From the NCBI GenBank assembly GCA_964016885.1, contig OZ024746.1, positions 73,470,001 through 73,534,000 of the forward strand: a DNA stretch of 64,000 nt, read 5' to 3'. Under the pieces are notes generated by a model, which worked only from the letters and a program-made list of their open reading frames with translations, had not been told where the DNA came from and made no database searches. The position numbers and the translations under genes were made by a program. The stretch comes from Eledone cirrhosa (taxonomy: Eukaryota). This document shows positions 52,561-64,000 of this stretch, piece after piece; position 1 is the stretch's first letter; each line of letters begins with the position of its first letter.

Positions 52561-52667
52561 AGACTTGGCATCTCTTTTACTGAAATTCACTCTGAATCAA
52601 TGTACTCTGAGTCAGCTGTTCAATTACTACAACACCTGCGACACACTGGATTGTTACAGTTGAATAA
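52561..52667 (+). CDS. RARS2: RARS2 coding exon 10
   Basis: ccag|RLGISFTEIHSESMYSESAVQLLQHLRHTGLLQLN|gtaag. Confidence 0.92.
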
Positions 52668-53454
52668 GTAAGTCTAAATAAATTGTTGTTGTTGTGTAGC
52701 CCTTGGTGAGCCCTCATCAACCTTATTTAGGCAGTTAACTATGCAGTTATTTTTGGTGTGTGAGTCTATGTGAGATTGCCTATTTTTTTTCCTTGTTTCT
52801 ATCTATATCAAATGAGTGGTGATGAATTGAGTGAGCCATTAGAAAGTCGTATAGAATGCTTTGCAATATTCATTCCAACTTTCTGCACTCTCTGAGTTCA
52901 AATCCCTCTGTAGTCAATTTTGCCTTTCATTCTTCCAGGGTTGATAAAAATAGTACCAGTCCAATACTGAGTTCAATACTGTCTCTTTCTTACTTCCTCT
53001 CTCTTACTCTCCTCATCTCTGGAAGAAATCAGCTATGTTCAGACCAGGAGAGAGGATGGATTCTGCTGGTATATCACCTCAGTGTCCCTACAACTCAACC
53101 AGGATTTATGGGTCCATTCATACATACAGATCAAATGAGTGAGGTAGGAATGTTTAGGGTGTGTAGCCCAAGCAAGTCAGTCGTAATTGAGTAGATATAT
53201 GATCAAATGTTGTTCCAGTAACATCAAAGAAGTATTAACCTGGACCATGACAACCCATCTAACCCAAGCTAGCATGGAAAGCAGATATAAAATGATGATG
53301 ATGATGATGATAACTCTCATAACAATCATTTAACTTGTCCTCTGTGAGACTTTGAAATACTCCAGTAACTCTGATTAAGTTCTGACTTGGTCTATGATGG
53401 TTCATCTAACCCTTGCTAACAGGAAAAATGGATATTAAATGATATTAATAACGA

Positions 53455-53970
53455 TGGTAAGACACATTGTATGGAAAGGGTGGATCAGACTCAGCAACAG
53501 TGGCTAGAGTGAGATCTGCATGGAAGAAGTGACATGCTAATGAGGAAAGTAATGTTGCTGAAACTGAAGAGAAAGGTTCATATATGTGTGAGAAGTGCTA
53601 TGATTTATGGGAGCAAGATATTGGTGAGGACCGTATCACAGCAGAAAAGACTACAAAGAACAGAAATGAGAATGGTATAGAAGTATAGTTCAGAGAATAA
53701 TAGGAATAGAGCCAGTGATGAATGTTGTGGAGAATAAAGGTGGCTGGGTCATATGCTGAAAATGAATTAAAGTGACTTGGTGAGAAGAGTGATGGAAATG
53801 AATGTAGAAGGAATTAGATGAAAGGGAAGACCAAGAAAGATATGATTAAAGATGATAGAGGAGGAAATTAAAGCCAAGAGATTGATGAGGGGGGGGGGGA
53901 TGCAAAGGATAGGGCAAAATAGAGAAGCTTGTCATGGGACCCACAAGCCTAACCCCTATCTTAGCAGAGA
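53455..53970 (+). mobile_element. Old RTE-like LINE 3' remnant
   Basis: Decayed coding similarity (W.GH..R, GRPRK.W) at TGGCTGGGTCATATG and GGAAGACCAAGAAAG; similar remnants near 16260-16410, 35560-35930, 37050-37500. Confidence 0.6.
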
Positions 53971-54362
53971 GAATGGCTTTAAAGTACTCATTATATCCTA
54001 ATGTATCTAATTATGAAAAAAGAAAAATGTCATTTATTGCTCAATTCAAGTTTGTCTTTTTTTTTGCAAATTTTATCTAATGAAGGTTATTTAGTAAAGA
54101 ATTTTAATTGCTCTATTAGAAACATAATAAAAATATGTGGGAATCTCAACTTCAAGAGTTTTTAATTGATCAGATATTATTCCATTACCATAGTAAACAA
54201 ACATTTTTGTGTCTGTAAGATTGGCATCATATAAGAAGTGAAAAAGAAATCCATGCTTGGCTCAAATTTCAATTTAATTTCTTTTTTATTTTAGTGCATA
54301 GTTGCCAGACAGGGAAGGACACTAACTTTGGCCTTATCTTTTAGGAGGGGGGGGGGGTATAT

Positions 54363-54861
54363 CAGACTTATGGGAAGGAGCAAGGGAGGGAGATGTTCCC
54401 AAACTGGATACCTGGCTTCAATATTTGCAACAGAATATACTCTGTTAAAAGCATTTAATGGCCAGATGGTCGGTGTTAAATTAGGTGACAGGTGAATATA
54501 TTGGTATACAATCATCATCATGCACTTTCAAAATGATACACTAATTTTACACTTGAAAATTGCATTACTAAAAATTATTACATTTGAAAATTATATTATC
54601 AAAGATTATACCATATTTAAAGATAATAAAATGTTGTTAGCTTGAAGTATTGTATATAATATATTATATAATGTGGAAAGTGAAATAAGGCTACACAATG
54701 CAGAATGGATGATAAGATGACTAACGAAATATTTAGTTACCTGGTCATCTTTGTTTGCTTTTGTTGCTGTTGTTCCTTTTGTTCTAATATTTCGGGACTT
54801 AAAATTCCCTTTATCAGAGTATAAGGAACATTTCCCTCCCTTGCTCCTTCCTATCAGTCTG
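54363..54861. mobile_element. Putative MITE with 37-bp inverted repeats
   Basis: CAGACTTATGGGAAGGAGCAAGGGAGGGAGATGTTCC versus GGAACATTTCCCTCCCTTGCTCCTTCCTATCAGTCTG. Confidence 0.6.
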
Positions 54862-55147
54862 GAATAGCTTTTCCTAATATTTGAAAAATTATATTATAGT
54901 TGAAAAATCTTATTACATTTGAAAAATTATATTACAGTTAAAATATTGTATTACAGTTGAAAAGATATAGTACCTTTGAGAATTACACTGCATAAACCCT
55001 GGCAAGCAGGAAAAATAGAAGTTAAATGATGATGATTATGATAATCACATTCATTCGCACACATACATGAACATATATGAATTTTATACATATATTCATG
55101 ACCCAGTGGTCCATTAGTAATATATCTCTATTTGATGTAAATATTAG

Positions 55148-55246
55148 GGAAGAAGGAAGAACTGGATTTATTGAGATTTCCAACCAGAAACGAAATTCCA
55201 AAGTTACAATGTGCAAAAGTGATGGCACTACACTCTACCTGACACG
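55148..55246 (+). CDS. RARS2: RARS2 coding exon 11
   Basis: ttag|EEGRTGFIEISNQKRNSKVTMCKSDGTTLYLT|gtaag; KSDG..LY.TRD motif. Confidence 0.9.
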
Positions 55247-55578
55247 GTAAGTATTGGATTTCTTCAATTAGCTCTGTTACCTCTAATGGAACTCTCTTTT
55301 TCCAAAATGGCTGACTGAATACACACATCCTTTTTCTCAAAAAAAATGTTTGTTTCCATTCCCTCCTATTCTCACATTCCCTTCATCCTCTTATTAGTGT
55401 TGTTCTACTACTGCTTGTAAATGCATCAGTATTGTTGATGAATCTACAAATATGACATGTTTAGGATAGGGTTGAAGAAAAGGGATATATTAATGATAAA
55501 TATGGCAGTGGTGGTGTAGGGTATTTGGTTTGATGGAATTATTTATTTATTTATTTATTTATGTATTTCCACCCCTAG

Positions 55579-55639
55579 TGATGTCACTGCTGCCCTCCAC
55601 AGGAAAAAGAAATATGATTTTGATAAAATACACTATGTG
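55579..55639 (+). CDS. RARS2: RARS2 coding exon 12
   Basis: ctag|DVTAALHRKKKYDFDKIHYV|gtaag. Confidence 0.92.
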
Positions 55640-56140
55640 GTAAGTTGTTTTTTTTATGTGCATTTCTTTCTAAGTTTTCAAGGAAGTTGTTGACAACATG
55701 ACACATTAAACTATCTTGAAAATGGTTCTTGTAAATAATTTTAGCTTTAACCATGGCAAATTTCTGCAGCCAGATGCCCTTCCTGATGCCAACCCTTACT
55801 TTTCAATATGGGAATAGATTTACTGATTCAGAAACACACATGCAATTAAATAACAGGCTTTTACAGTTCTCATTAATCAAATTTGCTCACAAAGCATTGG
55901 TTGACCCGAGACTATAGTAGAAGACACTTCCCCTAGGTGCCACACTGTAGAACCAGACCCAGAGCTACATGCTTTAGAAGTAAACTTCTAAACCACATAA
56001 CCGTGACTAAATCCCATTGTTGTCCTTACTCCAGTCTGTTCTAGTTTGTTAGAGAAAGGAATCCATCTGTAAAATATTTATATTACACATAGTGTGTATA
56101 CTGATATTCTTATTATTTTCATTCTTCCTGTTTCTAAAAG

Positions 56141-56217
56141 GTTGACAACAGACAAAAACAGCATTTCCAAAATCTCCAGGCTGTTTTAAAGACAATTGGA
56201 GAAGATTGGGTTACTAG
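56141..56217 (+). CDS. RARS2: RARS2 coding exon 13
   Basis: aag|VDNRQKQHFQNLQAVLKTIGEDWVT|gtgag. Confidence 0.92.
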
Positions 56218-57196
56218 GTGAGTTGTTTTTATTTTCTTCTTTGTTTATTTTTTTACATTTGAAATATTTTGCCAAAATATTTCTTTCTTTCTAATTGCAG
56301 GCACAAAGCCAGCAATTTAGGAAAGGGGAAAATCAATTGTATCAACCCCAGTACTTAACTGGTACTTTATTTTATTGACTCTGAAAGGATGAAAGGCAAC
56401 GTTAATCTTGACAAGATTTGAACTCAGAATGTTAAGAGCAGTAACAAATACCACAAGGCATTTTGTCTAAAGCTCTAGCAATTCTGCTTATCAACCTCCC
56501 TCTTAGTATTAACTGTATCAGCATCATAGAGCAAAAGAGATTTTGTTTAATTCTAAAGAATTGTTTATGCAGCTATCAGAAGTTCTGTTGTGTATTTCTA
56601 CAATAAATCAACTTCTAAATCATTAACTGTTGTGTTAATTACACAAATTACACTCCTTTATTTAACCATTCTCATAGTTGCCGCTCTATGGTGCTCAATT
56701 TACTCTCATAAATTTAACCAGTACATTAACCTTCAACTCTTAGCACTTAATATTTACTGTACTAGCATCTCTGCCTTACACCCTTCAAATATGAGGACCT
56801 ATATTTTGCTTTTCTTTTCCTTAGAAATCTAGCATAAAAAAGGGACTGTTCTATATATGTCAGTGCTGGTAGCACAATAAAATGCACCCAGTATACTCTG
56901 TTAGTGGTTGGTGTTAGGAATGGCATTTAGCTATAGAAACCATACTAAGAATTTGAATGTATTAGTGAGATGTGGTCTTATGACTCATCTAGAAGGGCAG
57001 TTACTCTGAATAAGAATTTAGTTGGACTGCAACAAACTATCCAATCCATGCAAACATGGAAAGCAGACATAAAATGAGGATGAGTGACTGTATGCCAATA
57101 AGTTGAGTGACCTTACTAGGTTAACAAGATGTGAAAGAGAGAAAAACTTTCATGTATATTTTTTTTATGCTTAATCTTTCTTTCTTTATATTACAG

Positions 57197-57330
57197 CCTC
57201 GAAAATGATTTCCATATTGGATTTGGGCGAATTATAGGGATGAATACAAGAAAGGGTAAAGTCATTTTTCTGAAAGACATTCTTGATGAAGCTCAGCATC
57301 AAATGCTGAAGAAAAGAAATGAGACTGCAT
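57197..57330 (+). CDS. RARS2: RARS2 coding exon 14, KMSKS-equivalent
   Basis: cag|LENDFHIGFGRIIGMNTRKGKVIFLKDILDEAQHQMLKKRNETA|gtaag. Confidence 0.94.
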
Positions 57331-57717
57331 GTAAGTAGATTGTGGCTGATATACCTTTTAGTAGTCTTATTTAAGTAACAGCTTCACATGATACAGTTAA
57401 CAGAAGCATATGTTATTCAAGAGGATGTATTACAGATTCACTTTTATATTATTTCTATCCATTTTACATTTTCTGAATTATTTACAAACCTGGTATCCAT
57501 TTGATTGGTTACAACATGAAGTAGAAAGGACTCTAGCAACATTTTCTCTCTCAAAATCATCCTATCATCTTCGAAAAAATAAATACATTGTATAATATAT
57601 AGGCAAGAACTGAGTGGTGGATTGGCAGTATTGGTAGAGTTTCAGACAACATGCTTTGCGATTTAATCAACTTTCCCCTCCCTGCAAATTGTTGATCTTG
57701 TGCCTAAATCAGAACCA

Positions 57718-58164
57718 TGGCAGTATCGGTAGAAGGTTGGACGCCATGCTTTGACGCATAGAGTTACGGTCCTTGCCATTCTGAGTTCAAATCCCGCCGA
57801 GGTTAACTTTGCCTTTCATCCTTATGGGGTCGATAAAATAAAGTACCAGTAATACACTGAGTAATTGCTGGCCTTGTGCCAAAAGTAGAAACAATTATAT
57901 TATAGGCAAAAACATTAGACAAATTCCTTGCAGTAATTGTTTGTGGTCTTTGTATTATTTGTTAAAATTCAAACGGGCGGTGGATTGGCAGTATCGGTAG
58001 AGGGTCGGACGCCATGCTTTCCAGCATAGTTACGTCCCTTTACGATCTGAGTTCAAATCCCGCCGAGGTTGACTTTGCCTTTCATCCTTACAGGGTCGAT
58101 AAAATAAAGTACCAGTAATGCACTGGATAATTGCTGGCCTTGTGCCTAACGTAGAAACAATTAT
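57718..58164 (+). mobile_element. Two adjacent young SINE copies (57718-57898, 57976-58164)
   Basis: Both carry the A/B boxes and family core; second flanked by TTATTTGTTnAAATTC. Confidence 0.85.
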
Positions 58165-58214
58165 TTGTTCAAATTCTGTCATGGTCCACTTGCCTTTCAT
58201 CTCTCATGGATTAA

Positions 58215-58422
58215 CCCTTTAGCATTTAAACCAGCTATATCCGGCCAGAATTCTCTCACCTCTTTCTGTTCCAACCAGCCATAACTGGCCACTCATACTG
58301 ATGTTAAGGTATTGTTCTCAAAATAAATAATATCAAAATCTCTTTGATTCGATATTATGTGAGGTAAAGCCTTTATTGTGAAAATATAATAGTAAATATA
58401 GAGTAATGTAAATGCTAAAGGG
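58215..58422. mobile_element. TTAA-flanked piggyBac-like MITE
   Basis: TTAA|CCCTTTAGCATTTA...TAAATGCTAAAGGG|TTAA, perfect 14-bp TIR. Confidence 0.85.
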
Positions 58423-58622
58423 TTAATAAGGGACCGGTCATTAATTATTATAAATATCTGCAAAGTGTTAATTGTAACAATTGTAATATCTTCATGCATT
58501 ATTAAAATAAAGTACCAGTAATGCACTAGGTAATTGCTGGCCTTGTGCCTAAAGTAGAAACAATTATTATTGTTGTTATTTCAATAACTTTCTTTTAAGA
58601 CTGCAATATTTTTATTTCATAG

Positions 58623-58800
58623 CATCAAAAGAAGTGGCAGATGAAATGGCTGTAGCAGATATACTTGGGATCAGTTCCATATTGGTACAGGATTTGAAAG
58701 AAAGAAGGAACTTTGACTATACATTCAGCTGGGAGAAGTGCCTTAACTTTAAAGCTGATTCTGGAGTCTTCTTACAGTATGCTCATGCAAGACTTTGTAG
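58623..58800 (+). CDS. RARS2: RARS2 coding exon 15
   Basis: tag|SKEVADEMAVADILGISSILVQDLKERRNFDYTFSWEKCLNFKADSGVFLQYAHARLC|gt; QYAHARL motif. Confidence 0.96.
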
Positions 58801-60444
58801 GTTTGTTGTCTGTTCAGTGTTTTCAGGAAAAATATTTTTCATAGTTGAAAATAGTGGGGTTCTTTTTTAGAGGGCTACCACAATGCAAACAGGACATCAA
58901 TTGTTAAAATTAACGATTTATTTACATTGCTGTAACCCTCTAAAAAGACATTATTGTTTATACTTTCTGTGAAGCTTGAAGCACACAAGAACACCCTCCT
59001 ATCCTTTTTTTTTGTTTTTGTTTGATGAAGGTTGTATTGTATACTGTTTTATATTCATTTCTTCATGCTTACTTGGGTAGAGTGGCCTTTCCAAATTTGG
59101 TCACCTACATAATCTTGACACAATTGGTTTTACATTGACCACTTTGAAATAGAAGGTTCTTCATCCATTTTGCCATTGGTAATGAAGCCCCTACAAAAAA
59201 GTCATAAGCATTGCTTTTCTCCTCCTCCTATAAACTCAACTTACAGTTGGATCAGGCATGATGATGAATGATGTACTGTTCCATCATCAACACTTATGGA
59301 TCCACTGTCACCTGTCAGGAATTTTACCATGACTCTAGAAGGATGTCTATAGTTTATCCTCCTATGGGTCAGTTACCAGATGATGTCTTAGCTGAAAAGC
59401 AGCTCTGGATATCTTAAAGCAGTATCTGGAAAGCTGCTGCTGTCTTCCTGCTTGTTGTAACAAATGAAGACTGGCAAAGTCATCGAAAAACAGATCTCTA
59501 TATGTGGCTTTCTGGTTATCATTGTTGAACTACCATCAGTTTTTATGATGAGTATTCCAGTCCTACTAACCTGCATATAAAATTAATATGCAAGTGGCCA
59601 AACATTCTACAAAAACCAGTAGCCTTAACATAGTTCTCCAGGGGATTCAACATGACACAGTGTTTAACATGGCTGGCTATTTGAATTACAGATATAACTC
59701 CGTTTTACCAGCTGAGTGGACTGGAGCAACATAAAACAAAGTGTATTGCTCAGAGATACAGCATGCTATTGTGAATCAAATTCATGACCTTACAGTCATG
59801 AGTCAATCACCCTAACCACAAAGCCACATGCCTTCACAGTTGTCATTATTGTACAAATTTAAACAGAGGCAAGGCTGAGTGGTTAAGAAGTTTACTTAAT
59901 AATCAGAAAGTCCTGGATTCAATCCCACTATTTTGCATCTTGGGCAGATGTCTGTACCACAGCCCCGAGTTGACCCAAACTTTGTGAGTGAAATTAGGTA
60001 GTTATAAATTATATAAAAGTCCATTGGATTGATATAAATTATATAAAAGTCAATTGGATTGATTGTACCTGTGATTCAAAGATCTGGCCTTGTCACGTGT
60101 TATGCTCATTCAACCAAGGAATCAATGAGTACACATGTCTGTGGAATACTCAGCCATTTACATGTTAATTTAATGTCAGACACACGGTTGATTGAACAGC
60201 TGCATGCTCATCATCAAAGCCAGTGGAGAGTACACCATTGTACATAGTCTTTAAAATGACTTACCATTGGAGCGTATTTTTCTTTTTTCTCTCACTCTCG
60301 CTCTTGTAAGTGCACTTTTTTCTTTTTTGAGATCACTATATGACTGCTAAAATAATCATCTAGAATAGATAAAACCTACAACGTTGTGTCATCACATAAC
60401 TTTTAGGTTTTATAATGATGTGGCTGTAAGACTATTCAAATAAT

Positions 60445-60556
60445 TGTTTCTACTTTTGGCACAAGGCCAGCAAAAACCCAGTGCATTACTGGTACTTTGT
60501 TTGTATCGACCCCGTAAGGATGAAAGGCAAAGTTAACCTTGGCGGGATTTGAACTC
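60445..60556 (-). mobile_element. 5'-truncated SINE with 16-bp TSD
   Basis: TSD AGACTATTCAAATAAT at 60429-60444 and 60557-60572. Confidence 0.9.
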
Positions 60557-60624
60557 AGACTATTCAAATAATACTGTTGTGTTTGGTATGTAACTATTTC
60601 TTTACATTTTTGTCCTCTAAATAG

Positions 60625-60720
60625 CTTGAAGCAAAACTGTGATATACCTTTGACCAGTTCTATTGATGCATCCCTACTAAAAGAGCCAGCTTCCCTAAGA
60701 CTAGTCCTCCACATTTCAAG
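60625..60720 (+). CDS. RARS2: RARS2 coding exon 16
   Basis: tag|LKQNCDIPLTSSIDASLLKEPASLRLVLHIS|gtggg. Confidence 0.9.
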
Positions 60721-60809
60721 GTGGGCTTTGCTTTTTCTTTTGCTTTGATTTTTTTCCCTCTTCACCAAATTCTCCTGATTCTCATTTCAGTTTATACAGC
60801 TTAACAATT

Positions 60810-61085
60810 AGCTTTTATTGTTAATGTTGCTGTTACTTTAATGTAGCTTTAATGTTGCACTTGTTAATATAGCTTTTACTGTTAATGTCACTTTTAATGA
60901 TAATAAATAATATAATTGTTAAATATATTTTTCTTTTAATGTAGCTGTTATTGTTAATATAGCTTTTACTGTTAATGTCATTTTTAATGATAATAAATGT
61001 TAATATAATTGTTAAATATATCTTTATTGTTAATATAGCTTTTACTGTTAATGTTACTTTTATTGATAATGTAGTGTTAATGTTA
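60810..61085. repeat. AT-rich degenerate minisatellite
   Basis: Recurrent TAGCTTTTACTGTTAATGT units. Confidence 0.75.
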
Positions 61086-61427
61086 ATACTTCTCTTTCTG
61101 TTCCTGTAGCTATTGCTGATAACGTTTTGATTTTTTTTTTTCATTAATTTTTTAGAAAGAGTGGGCAGTGTCCATAATCTTCTCAAACATTTTGAAGTAT
61201 TAAAGTAAAGATCTCAGTTTTTAATGTGATACAGTCTTGTTTTGTACTTGTAAAGAATATCTTGCTAATGTGGTTTCATGTAGTACAGAACATTAAGAGT
61301 TAAAGATCTAATATCTATGGCTTACAAAGGAATAAATATTTTTAAGTTTTAGGAAAACCTGATAACTCCCTATAGTTTAAATGTTAATTCCATGTATGCT
61401 GTTCATGTATTTCATTATCTACTTTAG

Positions 61428-61502
61428 ATACGATGAAGTCATAGCAAACTCATTAATTTCCTTTGAACCGTTCCATATTATACAATACCTTTTCCAGTTA
61501 GT
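61428..61502 (+). CDS. RARS2: RARS2 coding exon 17
   Basis: ttag|YDEVIANSLISFEPFHIIQYLFQL-GT|gtgagt; anticodon-binding domain. Confidence 0.9.
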
Positions 61503-62396
61503 GTGAGTACAAACAATCATCTTATTTACTGCCTTCTATAGCTTTTTCTGCTAACATATTGAAGCTCATTTCCACACAACATATTATAGTGGTGGTAGCC
61601 AGGAAGTCTTTGGCACCATTCGTTCCAATGTAGAAACTACCAGTCTGAGATAGATGACATTTTGAAGTAGATCATTAAAAAACTACCATGGTTGGAGATA
61701 AAATATATTGTAAAAGATCTACCAACTATAAATAAAATCTTTGAGTACACAGAGGTTACGAAAAGCATCAACAATAGAAACTTCTAGCTGCTTTATAGCT
61801 GCTCTTGTTTTCCATTTTTTCTAGATTTTTTTAATGCTTATTCTGCCTCTATATTCTGTATATCTTGATTTTTGTTTCTCAACTGTAAGAAGTACTAGAT
61901 ATTGTCCTAGTCAGTCCTCTTCCTAATTTTATTCATTTTCCAAGTAGCAGAAAACAAAAAAAAACCTATTCCTACATATACAGACACTCAAATACATAAA
62001 TTCCTGTATATTTGATTTTGGGGGGGGATTGCAATGAACCATTCTATAGACTTGACTACTTAACACAAGAAAATAGACATGTACCTTTAACATAATCCTC
62101 AGCCCAAAACAGTATGATAATTAAGTGACAATTACAGGTAGAGTCCATCTGTCTCCCAGACAGTTTCCATCTACCCAATTTCCCTCACAAGGTTTGGGTC
62201 AACTTCAGGCTATGATAAACAAAACTTGCCTGAGATGTTATCTTGTGGAATTAAATTTGAGATGGAATTGCAAAATGTTCTTAACCATTCAGACATGCTG
62301 CTCTATTTATTGAATATGTTGCATTATTTATACTAAGTTATATATCCCTCTCATTTTTTCATTGATTATTTATTTTTAATTCTTAAATATTTCCAG

Positions 62397-62460
62397 TCAT
62401 CTAAATAATCAAGCTCTTCATTCATTAGTTGTCAAAGGTCAAGTGCAGGATATTGCCCAG
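62397..62460 (+). CDS. RARS2: RARS2 coding exon 18 (final exon not found in window)
   Basis: ccag|HLNNQALHSLVVKGQVQDIAQ|gtcag; no stop reached. Confidence 0.88.
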
Positions 62461-63383
62461 GTCAGTATTTTGAGTAAAACATTATTTTTATGCAATAAGG
62501 TGCAATTTTTGTAAAAATTACCCCTTACGTTACCATATTTCTAATGAAAAACACTACCTATGATTTTCAAATTATTTTGAAAATAATCAAGAATTTGGAA
62601 TGATTTAGTAATACAATTAACTCATAATATCCTATTCCAGTGATACACTGTATCCCTGCATATCATAAGAAGCAACAAGTGGTTAGTGTCAAGAAGAGTA
62701 TCAGGCTGTAAAACATTGTCTTGAAAAGTCCCTTTCAACCCATGCCAACATGGAAAAGTCACTGTCAAATCGATGTAATGATTTAGTAGAAAACAACTTA
62801 AAATGTGTTTGTTAATTCAAATATTTATAGTAGCTTTACTAGTGGACAGATTGTTGTAGAAAATTTACAGTGTTAGAATAATGACTTCAATTTTTAATGT
62901 GATACTATCATAGTGCTGTTTTGTAGATTTTAAGAAAATCTACAAAACAGTTTCATGCAGTTTCGTGTGGTCCAGGATTTTACAAGTTAACTTTCTCAGT
63001 ATTAAGTGGGTGTTTGGAGCATAACTTAACATTGGTTCTTGCATAAAATAATGTTGGAATGTTTTTAAATAAATATAAATGCTTTAAAATTAACAATTGT
63101 ATATCATGGAATCAGGGGCTGTTTCAAGGCATTTGATATCAAAAGTGTTAGGGTACTAAATATCTGACAGTTTGGTTATGAGTACAAATTCTACAGTGAT
63201 TGCTATGTATCCCCAGACAAAATATATCCATCAATTGCCACAATCTAGCTACCAAACACACGTGCCTCTTCTTAGATGAGCATTTAATTCTAGGAAGGTC
63301 ATCTATGTATAAACAATTTCTTGTACAACACGCAAATTTCCAAACAGGCAAAATCCAATCTATCTATCTATATATATATTATA

Positions 63384-63553
63384 AAGGAAGACCATGAAAA
63401 ACATAGGCGGAGGTGGTGAGAGCAAACCTCAGATCGCTGAAGCTCACGGTGGAGATGACGAAGAACCGTGACAAATGGAGAGATGCTGTGCTGAATAGGA
63501 TCCGTCCCACCCTTGCAAGCAGGGAAAAGCGGACGTAAAATGATGATGATGAG
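63384..63553 (+). mobile_element. RTE LINE 3' end
   Basis: GGAAGACCATGAAAAACA...CCGTCCCACCCTTGCAAGC...GGACGTAAAA(TGA)n; matches the 3' end of the 6287-8600 element. Confidence 0.85.
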
Positions 63554-63637
63554 GATATTTGAGATGACACTGATATATATATATATGAGAAAGAGAGAAA
63601 GTGAAAGCCTTGTATCTGATTTAGATTTTGAGACAGC

Positions 63638-63783
63638 AACCTTTTCAGTCGCTACTTATGACATGCAGGGATACAGTTACAGTATCATCATCATCATTTA
63701 ACGTCTATTTTCCACGCTAGGAAATAGACATTAAATGATGATGATGACACTGTATCCCTGCATAAGTAGCGACTGAAAAGGTT
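63638..63783. repeat. Fold-back of SINE-derived sequence
   Basis: AACCTTTTCAGTCGCTACTTATG..GCAGGGATACAGT..CATCATTTAACGTCTATTT mirrored around about 63715. Confidence 0.85.
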
Positions 63784-64000
63784 AATGTCAGAAAGAGCAT
63801 TCAACCATAAAACATTGTCTCAAAAGGTCCCATCTAATCTGTGCCAGTATAGAAAAGTCAATGTAAAAACGATATCATCATCATCATCATCGTTTAACGT
63901 CTATCTTCCACGCTAACATGGGTTTAGACGATATATATATATATATCATTATCATGAATATTTTGGGGCCCACTCTCTTCTTCACTATTCTAATATTAAT

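Noticed and set aside
60003-60062. 30-bp tandem duplication
   Set aside because: Simple slippage duplication within a decayed SINE
60833-61186. 117-aa minus-strand ORF
   Set aside because: Translation of an AT-rich minisatellite

Overview
AT-rich, repeat-dense animal nuclear DNA. The SINE, RTE and Penelope repertoire recalls coleoid cephalopods such as octopus, but that is recognition from memory and unverified. Two multi-exon genes for mitochondrial translation lie head-to-tail on the + strand. One is the 3' part of GUF1 (LepA/EF4), with 13 coding exons traced from 1561 to the stop at 31884. The other is RARS2 (mitochondrial ArgRS), with 18 coding exons traced from the ATG at 40352 to 62460; its last exon was not found in the window and one intron is GC-AG. 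Introns and the intergenic region hold a decayed RTE LINE, a near-full-length decayed CR1-like LINE, two Penelope-like (GIY-YIG) fragments, three non-autonomous Helitrons, MITEs and several SINE families. The most unusual signals are: (1) a type I hammerhead-like fold with a variant CAGAAGA core in a Penelope pseudo-LTR, with one copy inside a composite Helitron; (2) a nested palindrome built around a tRNA-like sequence; (3) many inverted-repeat structures flanking exons. Most ORFs in the supplied track are spurious. Exon coordinates were read by hand and checked for frame continuity; transposon boundaries are approximate.
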